Positions 1-10,810 of a stretch of 64,000 bases of DNA are shown piece by piece. The notes beneath the pieces are model-generated. The model did not search any database. It was not told where the DNA came from and was given only the letters and a program-made list of their open reading frames with translations. The DNA lies in NCBI GenBank assembly GCA_963737265.1, contig CAVTRY010000011.1, forward strand, positions 96,001-160,000, in the 5' to 3' direction. The position numbers and the translations under genes are program-made. Each line of letters begins with the position of its first letter. Position 1 is the first letter of the stretch. The stretch comes from an uncultured delta proteobacterium. Its GTDB lineage: Bacteria; Myxococcota_A; Polyangia; Fen-1088.

Positions 1-2846
1 GGTTCAGGCGGTCGGGCGGCTGCAATGAATCGACTTTCGGGGGCGGAAGGCGGTCGGGAATCTCGGGCGGGGCTGGCGTCGCAGGGTGTACCGTGGGACT
101 TGCCGCCGCTTGCCCGGCAGAGGAGTTCGCGACTTTCGCCGTGGCGGCCCCCTCATCCTTCCGCTTGCTGCCGCGCGGGGCTGGTGTGGCTGCGCCTGCG
201 CTTTGGGCGTGCGAGTGGTTCGGGGCGGGCTCTGGTGGGGGCGCCGGCGCCGTGGAAGCGGCTTTTCCGGCTGGGTCTGCGGTCCTTGTGGCGCTGGTCC
301 CTTCCGCCTCAAGATCGTCGGTCGCCTCGCGGCGGCGGGCGGGCAGGCCCGGCTCGTCCACCGTCGTTGTGGTCGTACGCGTAGGTGCAGGCGCGCTCCT
401 TGGCCGGACTACGGTGGTGGAAGGAGGCGCGGTTTTGCGCGGGGAGGCCGTGTCCTTTGTGGTTGAAGGAGAGCTAGCGATCGGCTCGGGAGAGAGTACT
501 GGCGGCTCGAACGGGCGAGGCGCCCTCTGCTGAACCCGTTATCGTCGAGGAGGGCCGTTGGTGTTGCCGAGGCTGGCGACGAGCAGGCGCCGGGGCTGCG
601 GCTGAGGCGGTTTCGGGCGCGGGCGCCGGGACTGAAGCTGTTCCGTGCGCGGGTGTTGGAACGGAAGCGGTTTCGTGTGCGGGCGCTGGGACTGAAGCTG
701 TTCCGTGCTCAGGCGCCTTGACGGGAGTTGTGCCGTGGGCGGGCGCCGGGGCTGCGGCTGTTCCCTGCGCGGGTGCTGGAACGGATGCGGTTTCGTGCGC
801 GGGCGCGGGGCCTGGAGCTGTGTCGTGCGCGGGCGCCGGGCCTGAAGCTGTGTGGAGCGCGGGTGTTGGGACGGAAGCGGAGCTGGGTGCGGGCGCTTGG
901 CGGGTGTCGCTAGCGCGTGGTGTTACGTTCATCGGGCTCTGTGTCGCCGCGCTTCGGGGCGGCGTCGACATCGGGATGACAATTGGGTTCGACTTGGCCC
1001 CGGTAGCGGGTGTTGGCCGTGCGACGTTTTGAGGCTGCTTTTCGCCAATCGGAGCGGGATGGTCCTTTTGCGAAGAGGGGTCGGCGTGGTGAGACTCGGG
1101 TGACGCCTCCGTGCGCGGAAGGGGCTTTGCCGAGCCTGGCTGTCTCATTCCCGGCGACGCGCCTGGAATGAAGAGCTCGGTCTCGTGCGCTTTCACCACA
1201 GGAGCGGATGTCGCCATCGGACGCTTACTCTGTGGCTGCTGAGTCCTCTGCGCGTCTCCGAGTGGGCCGCTCTGTTCTCGCAGCGTGGACGCCGATTGTG
1301 GCGGGCCCTCCGGCTCGGGAGATTTCGCTGTCGGCATCTCAGGGCTGGCAGCCCGTGGTGAAAGTCTCCGCGTCGCCGCTCGGGTGGATTCTGGGCCGTC
1401 TGCTGCGTCTCCGCTCGCTTGAATACCTCTAGTATTCGGCGCTTCGCTGCTCCTTGCATCCGGCCCGAATCCACTCCGGGCGGCTCGGTCCGAGTTCCAC
1501 CACGGGCTGCCAGCCGAGGCCGCCTTCGCAGGATGAAAATTATCGCGCGATGTATGCGCCAACTGCGCACCGGGGCGAGTCTCGTGAGTAGCCGCCGCGG
1601 CCGGGTCGTAAGCGGCCGTCTCGAGCGACGGTCGGGTCGTCCCATGCGGGTTCGGTGTGTCCCCGGGCGTTTGGGGAAGGTTGTCGTCGTTGTGGAGTGG
1701 ACGTGCGGACGATCGAGCTGATTGTGGCGCTTGTGGTTCTTGGCGTGGCGGAAGGTAAGTCGGTCGTGGCGCTGCCACAGTGACTTTGGACCTCGCATCC
1801 TGGGTGTCGTGGGTCCTACTGTCAGTCGCGATGTGGGGTACCGTGGTGGTGCGAGTGTGTTCCGGAAGCTGCGGGGCGGTTGCCGGGGTGACCGGGAGGG
1901 CGTTGCCCACCGGCGAAGACGGCGCATGGTCGCCTTCCACGCGCGCTGGCGCTTCGTGGCTTTGCGCACGGGATTCCAGCTCAGGACGTGCATGAGCGCT
2001 CTCGGGGGTCTCGGCGCGGCTATGGGCGGTTTCATTGGGCGCGGGACTCGCGCCAGGTCGAGATACTGGAGCGTCGGCCCGTGACGTCGGACCGAGATGA
2101 TTGTCCGGGCCGTTCTTCTGATCTGCGGCGGTGTCGCGTGCCTCGGCGCCCGCAGTGGGCGGGTTCTTGGCCGGCGGCGCGTCGTGGCTGGTCGCACTCG
2201 ACAGCGCAGTCAAGTCAGCCTTGTTTTCAAGGACCGGCGCGGAAGGAATTGACCGTGCATCAGCCGAAACAGTCGCCCGGATCGTGTCGCGCGCGCTCGC
2301 ACCCGCGGTGGCAACAGGTGCCTCGTGGCTCGGCGGTTCCGCCGAGACGCGGACGGGATCTGGCTCGTTCTTGGTGTCGCCGTGGATCCGTGGCGTGTCC
2401 CCGTCGGCTCGCTCTTCGCGCGCCTCGTGTGCGGCCGCCAATCGCTGGGTGGGCGGCGGTTGAATTTCGGCTTGTTTGGCCGGTTCCAGCATCCGTGACA
2501 CCGCGGCCGCTTGCTTGCCATCGCGGTCCGGGTCGTTGTGTGTGGGGGCATTTTTCGCGACCGGATGGTCCGGTGCCGCCCTTTCTTCGGCGTGGGAATC
2601 TTCTTGGGAGAGCAGGTGGGACGCCACCGGTTTCTGTTCCGTGCCGGTGGACGTGGTCAGGTGGTCGTTCGTCGTCAGCGTGTGCTGCTCGTTGGTGATC
2701 TCACCCAGGACTTGGGCAAATCTTGCCGACCGGGTGTCAATATTGCCGTGTTCCGCACGCGAACCTGCGCGGGCGCGAGCGTTGGCCAGTGCCGCGGCGC
2801 CGTGGTCGCCCACGTGAAAGTTCGTCGTCGCACGCTGCGTGCTCAC
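1..2846 (-). CDS. Very long Pro/Ala/Thr/Ser-rich low-complexity protein, probable flagellar hook-length control protein FliK (runs off the window; apparent frameshift near 540-590)
   Basis: GTG at 2846 overlaps the TGA of the MotE-like gene (GTGA). Its position after fliI/motE is the usual fliK slot. The frame stops at 474, but another frame is open from ~540 to base 1 with the same composition (…PPVLSPEPIASSPSTTKDTASP…). The diagnostic C-terminal FliK domain is not visible in the window. Confidence 0.5.
601..900 (-). repeat. Ten imperfect 30-bp tandem repeats encoding a 10-aa unit (PAPAHETASV-like) inside the FliK-like gene
   Basis: Consecutive 30-mers such as actgaagctgttccgtgcgcgggtgttgga and acggaagcggtttcgtgtgcgggcgctggg; translation PAPAHDTAPG-PAPAHETASV-PAPAQGTAAA-…. 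Confidence 0.9.
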
Positions 2847-3803
2847 TTCGGCGGTCCCTTCTTGTCCTTGGCGTAGATTGGTTTCCGGATCGCGATTTCG
2901 GTGGCCAGATCGGCCGCCAACTCCGGCTTGATAAGGCCGAGCACTGCGCCAGCGTCGACGGCCTTCATCCTGCGCAGGATCTCCGCCGCCAAAGCACGAT
3001 CGAGTCGCGTGATGACCGCCGCGGCTTGCTCGGGCTTCATCCCTTTCATCGCCTTGGATACGGAATCGATCTGCTCGTTGGTGGCTTCGCGCAGCGCCGA
3101 CGCCGGGAGCGACGTCGACGGAAGCAGCGGCTCGCCGATGGGCATGTTGCCGCCGCCGATATTGCAATTTCCGGCCGCCCTCAGCAGGGCTTCCAATCGC
3201 GCGGTTTCCTGGCGCAAGGCCTCGCGGGCTTTGTCGATATCCGCGATCTGGTCGGTGTGACCGTGCTCGAACGGACGGGCTCGCGTTGTCGCTGGGAAGC
3301 TGCGGTCCCTTCGCGAGTTGATTGCGAAGAGCGGCCAAGGTCAGTCCGGGCGGAACCACCGCGGCGTAGCGGTCGGCCGACCACGCGTTCTTGCGGTCGG
3401 CCGGATCGTCTCGGTCATAGTGATCGACACGATCGGTTCGATCAGGAATCGCGACCCTGCGTGCTCCGCGTTTGCGGGCACGAATCTTGGCAGGAGACTC
3501 GGCAATAACTTCCTCCTCGGGCGGGATCGCGGTGGCCCGCGTTTCTTCAATTTTGGGCGGACTCTTGGTGCTCTTTTCCGCCGGGACGGGCGTGGCCGTC
3601 TTGGTGGCGCTGGGTGAGGCGGCGAGCTTGGGCGACTTGGGCTCGCTGGGCTTTCCCACCGTCGGTGAGGTTGGTGCCTTGGGGCCGGCGACGATGGGTG
3701 ATGCCGGTGTGTCGGCATCGCGTCCGTGGGGCGGCGGAGACAGCGGATCCGTCTGCGTTGCCGCAGCCAGAACTAGCCAAAGCGTGATGGCGAGACTAGG
3801 CAC
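2843..3803 (-). CDS. MotE/MgtE-N-like flagellar protein with N-terminal signal/TM segment (apparent frameshift ~3255-3270)
   Basis: GTG 3803 preceded by AGGAGG and overlapping the fliI end; N-terminus MPSLAITLWLVLAAA; a shifted frame gives the coiled coil DQIADIDKAREALRQETARLEALL and the MotE-like KAMKGMKPEQAAAVITRLDRALAAEILRRMK. Confidence 0.6.
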
Positions 3804-5151
3804 GTCGTTCCTCCTGTTTGGGAACAGCTGCAAGGGGCTTGCCATCGAGTGCCTTGTGGAGGCGTGTCAGCGTTTCGGCGAGTGTGAATCGTTCGTTCGG
3901 CTCCTGGCACAGGAAGGCGTTGAGCTCGTTGATGCAGCGAAGAGCGGCGTCCACGCGCGGATTGGTACCGCTGACATACGCGCCGACCTCGACCAAATCG
4001 GCGGCGTCTTTGTAGGCCGAAAGCACATCGCGCACCCGGCGCGCGAGCGCGCGGTGATCGGGTGTCACCACGTCGTTCATCACGCGGCTGACGCTGCCGA
4101 GGATGTCGACGGCGGGGAAGTGGCCCGCCATGGCCAGGTTGCGGCTGAGCACGATGTGGCCGTCGAGACAGGCGCGCGAGGCATCGACCACGGGATCGGT
4201 TAGATCGTCGCCCTCGGCGAGCACGGTGTACATGGCGGTGATGCTGCCTTTTCCCTCGCTGTTGCCGGCCCGCTCAACGAGGCGGGGCAACATGGCGAAC
4301 ACCGACGGGGGATAGCCGCGCGAGGTGGGCGGCTCGCCCGCGGCCAGACCGATTTCACGTTGGGCCATGGCCACGCGGGAGAGAGAATCGATGAGCAAGA
4401 GCACGCGCTTACCCTGATCGCGAAAGAATTCCGCCACCGCCGTGGCGGCCATACCGGCGCGCACGCGCACGAGCGGCGATTCGTCGCCAGTTGCCACGAC
4501 AACCACCGAACGCGCGAGACCGTTGCCGAGATCGCGCTCGACGAATTCGCGCACTTCGCGGCCGCGCTCGCCCACTAGCCCGACCACGATCACGTCGGCG
4601 TCCGCGCTGCGCGCGAGCATGCCGAGAAGGACGCTCTTGCCGATGCCGGGACCGGCCATGATGCCAAGGCGCTGGCCCTCGCCGCAGGTCAAACAGGAAT
4701 CGATGGAACGTATGCCGAGCACCAGCGGGCGAGTGATGCGTCGACGGGTCATGGCCCGCGGCGCCGCGGCGTGAATCGGCACGCGCGCGTCGAGAATAAG
4801 GCCGCCGCGGTCGTCGAGCGGCTCCATGGCGGCGTTCACCACGCGCCCAAGCAGCCGCGTGCCCACCGTGATTTCACCGGCGCTGGCGCGCGGAATGACG
4901 GGACAACCTTCGCCGATTCCCTTCACATCGCCAAAGGGCATGAGAATGGCATTCGAGCCCGAAAAGCCGACGACCTCGGCGGCGATGGTCTGTCCGCCGG
5001 CGATGCGTATCTCGCACGAGCTTCCCACCGCCACTTGCGGCAGCACGGCTTCGACCACGATGCCGGACGCGCGCGTGACCTTTCCGGCCAAGACACACGA
5101 CTGGGCTTCGGCAAGCGAGCGTTTGAAGGCGGCGAGATTGACCAGGCTCAT
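3796..5151 (-). CDS. fliI: Flagellar export ATPase FliI
   Basis: Walker A AGPGIGKS, GLVGERGREVREF, DSLSRVAMAQREIGL, GEPPTSRGYPPS, DGHIVLSR; follows fliH. Confidence 0.93.
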   Translation of the reverse strand: MSLVNLAAFKRSLAEAQSCVLAGKVTRASGIVVEAVLPQVAVGSSCEIRIAGGQTIAAEVVGFSGSNAILMPFGDVKGIGEGCPVIPRASAGEITVGTRLLGRVVNAAMEPLDDRGGLILDARVPIHAAAPRAMTRRRITRPLVLGIRSIDSCLTCGEGQRLGIMAGPGIGKSVLLGMLARSADADVIVVGLVGERGREVREFVERDLGNGLARSVVVVATGDESPLVRVRAGMAATAVAEFFRDQGKRVLLLIDSLSRVAMAQREIGLAAGEPPTSRGYPPSVFAMLPRLVERAGNSEGKGSITAMYTVLAEGDDLTDPVVDASRACLDGHIVLSRNLAMAGHFPAVDILGSVSRVMNDVVTPDHRALARRVRDVLSAYKDAADLVEVGAYVSGTNPRVDAALRCINELNAFLCQEPNERFTLAETLTRLHKALDGKPLAAVPKQEERRA

Positions 5152-5795
5152 TGTGCGTCCTCCCAGGCGCCGGTTTCGAGTACCCGGCGCAGCTCTTCGA
5201 TGCGCGCGTTGATGCGGCCATCGACCGTGACGAGATCTCCCTCGACCAGGCAGTCGCCGCGACTCAAGGAAGCGTCGGGAACGATCTCGACGCGCGAAAT
5301 GGCGGCGGCGACGACGGCCTGAGGGCCGCGACTTTCGATGACGGAGTTCATGCTGCGCGCGTCGTCGGGAGAGAGGTGAATCGCGATCCGGCGCGATTCG
5401 CCCAGGCGCTTCACAGCCGAGCGCACCAGGTTGACCAGAGGCTCGGCGCTCGCGGAAAGCTCCATCTCGAGAATGCGCCGAGCGACCAGGAAGCCAATCT
5501 CGAGGGCGTCGGTGCGTGCTTCTGCGGCCAGTTTTTCCGCGGTGGCGCGCAGGACCTCGACCGCCGCGGCGGTGCGTTCGCTGAACTGGGCCGCCAACTT
5601 TTGCGCTTCGGCGATGGCGGCCGTCGCGGACTTGCTGTCGCTATCGTCCGCGTCGGCGAGCGCGCTCGCCATGATGGGCGGTCGGAAGCGTCCGTCGCCG
5701 CTGGGCTTGAAGGCAGCGCTCTCGACCCGTGCGCCGGCGCTCAGTTTGCCAAGGAAACTAGGGCGGCGAAGCGCCTGATTTTGCGTGGTCGCCAT
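5148..5795 (-). CDS. fliH: Flagellar assembly protein FliH
   Basis: C-terminal IHLSPDD…IVPDASLSRGDCLVEGDLVTVDGRI FliH/SctL signature; between fliG and fliI. Confidence 0.85.
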   Translation of the reverse strand: MATTQNQALRRPSFLGKLSAGARVESAAFKPSGDGRFRPPIMASALADADDSDSKSATAAIAEAQKLAAQFSERTAAAVEVLRATAEKLAAEARTDALEIGFLVARRILEMELSASAEPLVNLVRSAVKRLGESRRIAIHLSPDDARSMNSVIESRGPQAVVAAAISRVEIVPDASLSRGDCLVEGDLVTVDGRINARIEELRRVLETGAWEDAQ

Positions 5796-5798
5796 GGG

Positions 5799-6821
5799 TT
5801 ACACCATCTTGTCCGTGGGGTTGACGATGGTGATGCGACCTTGTTCGGCGAGACCGAAGGCCACCTTCACCAACTCGGCCTGCGCGCCTTCGACGGCGGC
5901 CAGCTTGACCGGGCCCATGGCCTCGATTTCGTCTTCCAGCATCTGGCCCGCGCGTGACGACATGTTCTTGGTGAAGCGCAGTTTGATGGGGTCGGGCGCA
6001 CCCTTGAGCGCCGTGGATAGCTGGCTCATGTCGATTTCGCGAATGAGCGTCTGCATGTCGCGGTCGGTGAGGTTGATGAGGTCGCCGAAGGTGAAGAGCT
6101 TGCCCCGTAGCGAGGCGGCCAGCTCGGGGTCGTCCTTCTCGATTTCGCCGACGACCTCGGACTGTTGGGCCGCGGGAACCGCGCGCAGCAGCTCGACGGC
6201 AACGCCGCGACCGTCGACACGCCGGGTGTTGGCCGGCACCGACGCGGTCAGCTCGTCGCTGAGTCCTTGCCCAACCTGGCGTAGCACATCCGGCGCAACC
6301 GATTCGAGCATGGCCAAGCGGCGCACGATTTGGGGGCGCTGGTCGACGGGGATGTGTTTCAAGATCGACAGGGCACGCGCGCGGTCGAGAATGCCGAGCA
6401 CGACCGCCGCGGTCTGCGGCAGCTCCCGCGTGAGCAACATGGCCAAGGATTCGGGATCGGCCTCGGAGAGGGCGGCGAAGGTTTCAGTCACGGGCACCTC
6501 GGATTCAGCAGGCGTGTCGAATATGCGCTTGGCTACATCGAGACCCATGGCGCGCGCGGTGGCCTCGCGCAAAAGTCCATCGGCGCCGTAGGCGTCGGCG
6601 GAGACTCCTGACATGGCATTGACGAAGGCGTCCAAGGCGGCCGGGACGATCGAGGGATCGCGACGGAGGTCGCGGGCGCCGGCGGCGATGCGCTCGACGA
6701 TGTTCTCGTCGAGCGTCTTGAAGATTTGCGCCGCGACCTCTTGCCCGAGTCCAAGCAGGACCGCGGCTGCGCGCTGCGCTCCCGCGCCAGCAGAGAGCTC
6801 GACGAGAGCGCTATCGGCCAT
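5799..6821 (-). CDS. fliG: Flagellar motor switch protein FliG
   Basis: RAAAVLLGLG, ELPQTAAVVL (EHPQ-like), LFTFGDL (MFxF), ALKGA…NMSSRAGQMLEDEIEAMGPVK. Confidence 0.93.
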   Translation of the reverse strand: MADSALVELSAGAGAQRAAAVLLGLGQEVAAQIFKTLDENIVERIAAGARDLRRDPSIVPAALDAFVNAMSGVSADAYGADGLLREATARAMGLDVAKRIFDTPAESEVPVTETFAALSEADPESLAMLLTRELPQTAAVVLGILDRARALSILKHIPVDQRPQIVRRLAMLESVAPDVLRQVGQGLSDELTASVPANTRRVDGRGVAVELLRAVPAAQQSEVVGEIEKDDPELAASLRGKLFTFGDLINLTDRDMQTLIREIDMSQLSTALKGAPDPIKLRFTKNMSSRAGQMLEDEIEAMGPVKLAAVEGAQAELVKVAFGLAEQGRITIVNPTDKMV

Positions 6822-8391
6822 GACTCATCTCCTTGGTGCTGCCTCGTTGATTGGAGTCGGACTCGACCCAGGCGCGAAGCAATCCGGCGGCTTTGGCGGG
6901 ATCGGTCTTGCTCAATTCGCGCGCTTGCTCGCGCAACACGAGAGCGTCCGCGCGGCCCGCCACGGACGTCATGCCGCCCTCGGCGCGGTTGAGCAGCATC
7001 TGCACGTCACCCACCCGCGACCCAGGCTTGATCATGCTCAGCATGGACGTCATTCGGCGGTAGACCCGGAACACCAGCAGGATGCCGAAGAAGGCGAGAA
7101 CCCCCCATACGATCATGCGTCCCAGGCGCCAGAGATCCGCTCTGTCCCAGATGGGCATGGTGACCGTGCTCTCGTCGATCTTGGTGAAGGGGGCGCTGGA
7201 AATTTCGAACACGTCGCCGCGCTGGGCGTCGAAGCCAATGGCGTGCTTGGCGAGGTCTGAAAAGCGGCGGACGTCGGCCTCGCCGCGCGGTTTGCCCCCT
7301 ATGCCGTCGATCAGGACCGCCGCGGAAAGACGCAGAATCCGCGGCGTGCGGGTAATCGTGTGCGTGACCTTCTTGGTGATTTCGTAGTTGCGGACCTCGT
7401 CGTCGCGCGCGGTTTGCGACCGCGAGGAGCCGGAGCCGCCGCCCGGCACCGCCGCGATGGGTTGATTGGCCGCTGCGCCCGCAACACCCGCGCCAGTGGT
7501 GCCGTCGCTGTTGACGGTCTCGGTGGTCTTGTGCTCGCTGCGCACCGTGGCCGAGTCGGGATCGTAGTTGTCTTGGGTTGTTTCCACCTCGGTCGTATCC
7601 ACGGTGGCGGTGATCTTTGCGACGATCGACCCTCGGCCGAGCGCGGGTTCAAGCAGATCGGTGATGCGTTGTTCGAGCCCGGCCTCGATGTCCCGCTGTT
7701 CCTTGGCGATCTTGCCCGAACTCGACAAATCGCCCGACAGCACGGTTCCGCGCTGATCGACAACCGTTACGCTATCGGGATTGAGCCCGGCGACGGCGGA
7801 TGCGACCAGGTGGCGCACGCCCGCGAGCTCTCGATCCTGCATGGTCCTTCCCGGCTGCAGGTTGAGCACGACGGCCGCCGTGGCGTGGCGGTCATCGTCG
7901 CGGTAGAGCCCCTTTTCCGGCAGGGTCACGTGCACGCGCGCCGAACGCACCGCTTGCAATCGCGAAATCGTTCGAGCCAACTCGCCCTCGGTGGCTCGGC
8001 GCAGATTCACTCGCTGCGTGAACTCGGAAGCACCGAAATCGCCGCGGTCGAACAGCTCGAAACCAACGCCGCCTCCGCGCGGCAAGCCCTGCGCCGCGAG
8101 CATGAGGCGCGCTTCGTGGACTTGCGACGCTGGCACGGAGAGCGCACTGCCGCCGGCCTCGGCGCGGAACGAGATCCCGGCAGCCTTGAGCGCCGCCGCA
8201 GCGTCCGTGCTGTCCTCGGGCCCGAGGTTGGTGAAAGCGTATTGATAGGTCGAGCCGCTGCCAAACACCACGGCCACCACGGCAACGACGGTGGCCAGCG
8301 AGAGAACACCGGCCAGCAGCATTCGCGTTGCCGCGCTCAGTTCGGCGTAGCGTTTGCCGGCATCACGCATCGATTTGAGGATCGGTTCCAT
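6811..8391 (-). CDS. fliF: Flagellar MS-ring protein FliF
   Basis: Two TM segments; GFELFDRGDFGASEFTQRVNLRRATEGELARTI, ARVHVTLP, ASAVAGL, RNYEITK, RLSAAVLID. Confidence 0.93.
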   Translation of the reverse strand: MEPILKSMRDAGKRYAELSAATRMLLAGVLSLATVVAVVAVVFGSGSTYQYAFTNLGPEDSTDAAAALKAAGISFRAEAGGSALSVPASQVHEARLMLAAQGLPRGGGVGFELFDRGDFGASEFTQRVNLRRATEGELARTISRLQAVRSARVHVTLPEKGLYRDDDRHATAAVVLNLQPGRTMQDRELAGVRHLVASAVAGLNPDSVTVVDQRGTVLSGDLSSSGKIAKEQRDIEAGLEQRITDLLEPALGRGSIVAKITATVDTTEVETTQDNYDPDSATVRSEHKTTETVNSDGTTGAGVAGAAANQPIAAVPGGGSGSSRSQTARDDEVRNYEITKKVTHTITRTPRILRLSAAVLIDGIGGKPRGEADVRRFSDLAKHAIGFDAQRGDVFEISSAPFTKIDESTVTMPIWDRADLWRLGRMIVWGVLAFFGILLVFRVYRRMTSMLSMIKPGSRVGDVQMLLNRAEGGMTSVAGRADALVLREQARELSKTDPAKAAGLLRAWVESDSNQRGSTKEMSHGR

Positions 8392-8394
8392 GGT

Positions 8395-8730
8395 CTAGAT
8401 CCCCATCCGCATGATTTCGTTGTAGGTGTCGACGAGCTTGTTGCGCACGCGCATGGCCAGGCGCATGGCTACGTCGGCCTTTTCCAGCGCGAGAGCCATT
8501 TCGTGGATGTTGCCGGCGCCGTGGGCGACGGCGGTGGCCTGCGTGTCGGCAGCGACTTGCAGCTTGTCGATCTCACCAATCGCCTTGCCGAGCTCGCCGC
8601 TGAACTGTCCGGCGGTCGCGGCGTCGGGGTTGGCGATGCTTCGTTCGCTCCGGTCGGCTCGGTCGAGCTGGCCGATGCGGGACGAGCTGGTGTCGATACT
8701 GGCTTGGCCGCTGTCGATGCGCAGGTTCAT
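8395..8730 (-). CDS. fliE: Flagellar hook-basal body protein FliE
   Basis: IHEMALALEKADVAMRLAMRVRNKLVDTYNEIMRMGI C-terminus. Confidence 0.92.
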   Translation of the reverse strand: MNLRIDSGQASIDTSSSRIGQLDRADRSERSIANPDAATAGQFSGELGKAIGEIDKLQVAADTQATAVAHGAGNIHEMALALEKADVAMRLAMRVRNKLVDTYNEIMRMGI

Positions 8731-8733
8731 GGG

Positions 8734-9162
8734 CTACTTCGTGATGTCGAGGCCACGCGAGGCCATTTGCTTGAGGGTTTCCACCGCGGTGGCGTTGGCT
8801 TCGAAGGCGCGTGAGGCCGACAGCAGATTGACGATTTCGCTGATCGGGTTGACGTTGGGGAACGTTACGAACCCGTCGGCGTCGGCGTCAGGGTGGCTCG
8901 GGCTGTAGACCTTCTTGCCCTGGGATGGATCGGAAACGATTTGCGACACACGCACGCCGAGCGGCGATTGCCCGACGGTGGGCGCTTCGTCCTGGGCGCC
9001 GATGCGCATCGATTCGAAGACCGGATCGAGGCGCTGATAGGCCTTGCCGTTCGGGCCGCGCGTCGTCTCGGCGTTGGCCAGGTTGGAGGACGCTAGGTTG
9101 ACACGCGTTCGCTCCGCCGAAAGGGCCGAACCACTTACATGCAACGCTGTCAGAAAGTCCAT
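8734..9162 (-). CDS. flgC: Flagellar basal-body rod protein FlgC
   Basis: SNLANAETT, YSPSHPDADADGFVTFPNVNPISEIVNLLSASRAFEAN. Confidence 0.95.
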   Translation of the reverse strand: MDFLTALHVSGSALSAERTRVNLASSNLANAETTRGPNGKAYQRLDPVFESMRIGAQDEAPTVGQSPLGVRVSQIVSDPSQGKKVYSPSHPDADADGFVTFPNVNPISEIVNLLSASRAFEANATAVETLKQMASRGLDITK

Positions 9163-9203
9163 GGCTACCTACTTCCCGTCATAAGGTTCGTCATTTGCTC
9201 GCA

Positions 9204-9632
9204 TCATCCGTTTCCGTCCGAGGCCACGTATTTCAAGATCGCCAGCTTCTTCCCGGCGGCACGTGCGCTGGCGCCGTATTGCAAGGCGTTTTCGGCCATC
9301 GACACCATGGTTCGATCGAGGTCCACGGTGTTGCCGTCGAATGAGGCTCCGCCCGCGGGCACGTCCACGATGGGCAGGTCTCGGGCAGCGATGCCGCCGT
9401 TCGTGCCGTTCGATCCCGCCGTGCCTAGCGTGGGCTCGGTGGGAAGCGACACGCCGCCGCTCGACTGGGCGGTTCCTTCGATGGCGGCCATGGTCGCGGC
9501 GAAATCGACGTCCTTGGGTTTGAAGTTCGGCGTGTCGACGTTGGCCACGTCGGCTGCCAGCACGTTTTCGCGCACCAGACGAACGTCGAGGGAGCGTTCG
9601 AGTTGCGCCAAGGTGGAGTCGAAGATCTTCAT
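9204..9632 (-). CDS. flgB: Flagellar basal-body rod protein FlgB
   Basis: [39 protein letters not shown]. Confidence 0.93.
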   Translation of the reverse strand: MKIFDSTLAQLERSLDVRLVRENVLAADVANVDTPNFKPKDVDFAATMAAIEGTAQSSGGVSLPTEPTLGTAGSNGTNGGIAARDLPIVDVPAGGASFDGNTVDLDRTMVSMAENALQYGASARAAGKKLAILKYVASDGNG

Positions 9633-10810
9633 GCTGCCGACTCCTCTTGCGATTCGCGTGCCACCTGCGTGGCACCCGTCATCGCGTCACGCCCGTGTCG
9701 CGGCAGAAGCTGCCCATCCGGTGCCAGAATTCCGGTTAGGCGCAGGGTCCGCACTTTGTTGCGCAAGGTGCGCAGGCTGATGCCGAGCAGTCGGGCCGCA
9801 TGGGTGCGATTTCCGCGCACGCGGCGAAGCGCCTCCAAGATTGCCATCTGCTCCAGCTCCGCCAATGCCAGTGGCAGCCCGGCCGGCATGGCGACCAGGA
9901 GACTTTCGTGGTCTTCGTTTGCCCTCGACGCGTCGTCATGCGCCAGCACATCCGCGCGCAGCGGGCGTTTGCAGGCCACGTCGCTTGCCGTTCCGCGAAT
10001 GGAGGCGATGCCCACGGCGGCCAGGGCAGCGGCGATGTGCCCGGCGGGCACCACCGTGCCATGGCAGCGAACCAGGGCGCGTTCGAGTACATTCGCCAGC
10101 TCGCGCACGTTGCCCGGAAAATCGTAAGCGAGGAGATTGGCGAGCGCCTCCGGGGCCAGGGTGGGCGCAGGCCGGCCGAGGCGCAGCGCGATTTCATCCG
10201 AAAGATAAGCGGCCAGCGCCGGGATGTCGGCGCGGTGCTGGCGCAAGGGTGGAAGAAAAATTGGGAAGACCGAGAGTCGGTAGTAAAGGTCGGCACGAAA
10301 TTGACCGCGCGCCACCATGGCGGCCAGGTCACGGTTCGACGTTGCGATGATGCGCACGTCGACCGGGATTGGCCGCGCGCCGCCTACGCGGTCGAGCTCG
10401 CGCTCCTGCAGCACGCGCAGAAGCTTGGCCTGCAGGGCAAGTGGCATCTCCGAAATCTCGTCGAGCAGAAGCGTGCCGCGGTCGGCTTGTTCGATACGGC
10501 CGAGGCGGCGGTCGGAGGCCCCGGTGAAGGAGCCCTTCTCGTGGCCAAAGAGCTCGCTTTCCAGCAACTCGCCGGGCAGGGCGGCGCAGTTGACGGCGAT
10601 CCACGGACCGGCGCTGCGCGGAGAGAGTCCGTGAATGTAGCGCGCGAAGACCTCTTTCCCGGTTCCGCTTTCGCCGAGCAGAAGCACGGTGGTGTTGGCG
10701 CGCGCGACGTCTTCGGCAGCGGCCAGCACGTCTTGCATGATCTGGGTTCCGCCGATGGGCGGCTCTGCGTCTGGCCGACGAGGGATCGGGAATGAAACGG
10801 CGTGGTTCAT
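9629..10810 (-). CDS. Sigma54-dependent transcriptional activator (AAA+ plus Fis HTH) with no N-terminal regulatory domain; probable flagellar regulator
   Basis: [66 protein letters not shown]; ATG 10810 overlaps the upstream TGA and its stop overlaps the flgB ATG. Confidence 0.9.
   Translation of the reverse strand: MNHAVSFPIPRRPDAEPPIGGTQIMQDVLAAAEDVARANTTVLLLGESGTGKEVFARYIHGLSPRSAGPWIAVNCAALPGELLESELFGHEKGSFTGASDRRLGRIEQADRGTLLLDEISEMPLALQAKLLRVLQERELDRVGGARPIPVDVRIIATSNRDLAAMVARGQFRADLYYRLSVFPIFLPPLRQHRADIPALAAYLSDEIALRLGRPAPTLAPEALANLLAYDFPGNVRELANVLERALVRCHGTVVPAGHIAAALAAVGIASIRGTASDVACKRPLRADVLAHDDASRANEDHESLLVAMPAGLPLALAELEQMAILEALRRVRGNRTHAARLLGISLRTLRNKVRTLRLTGILAPDGQLLPRHGRDAMTGATQVARESQEESAA
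9647..9663 (-). promoter_or_regulatory. Putative sigma54 (-24/-12) promoter for flgB, embedded in the 3' end of the activator gene
   Basis: Minus strand reads TGGCACGCGAATCGCAA (GG-N10-GC; consensus TGGCACG-N4-TTGCW). Confidence 0.7.

Noticed and set aside
601-900. 30-bp periodic repeats as a possible CRISPR array
   Set aside because: No unique spacers; the units are in-frame degenerate coding repeats; no cas genes
474-3845. Single 1123-aa ORF from the ORF track
   Set aside because: It joins the MotE-like N-terminus, an out-of-frame stretch and the FliK-like gene. A GTGA overlap at 2843-2846 and the MotE domain in another frame support two genes.
3796-9632. Non-flagellar type III secretion system
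   Set aside because: flgB, flgC, fliE and full-length fliG mark a flagellar basal body
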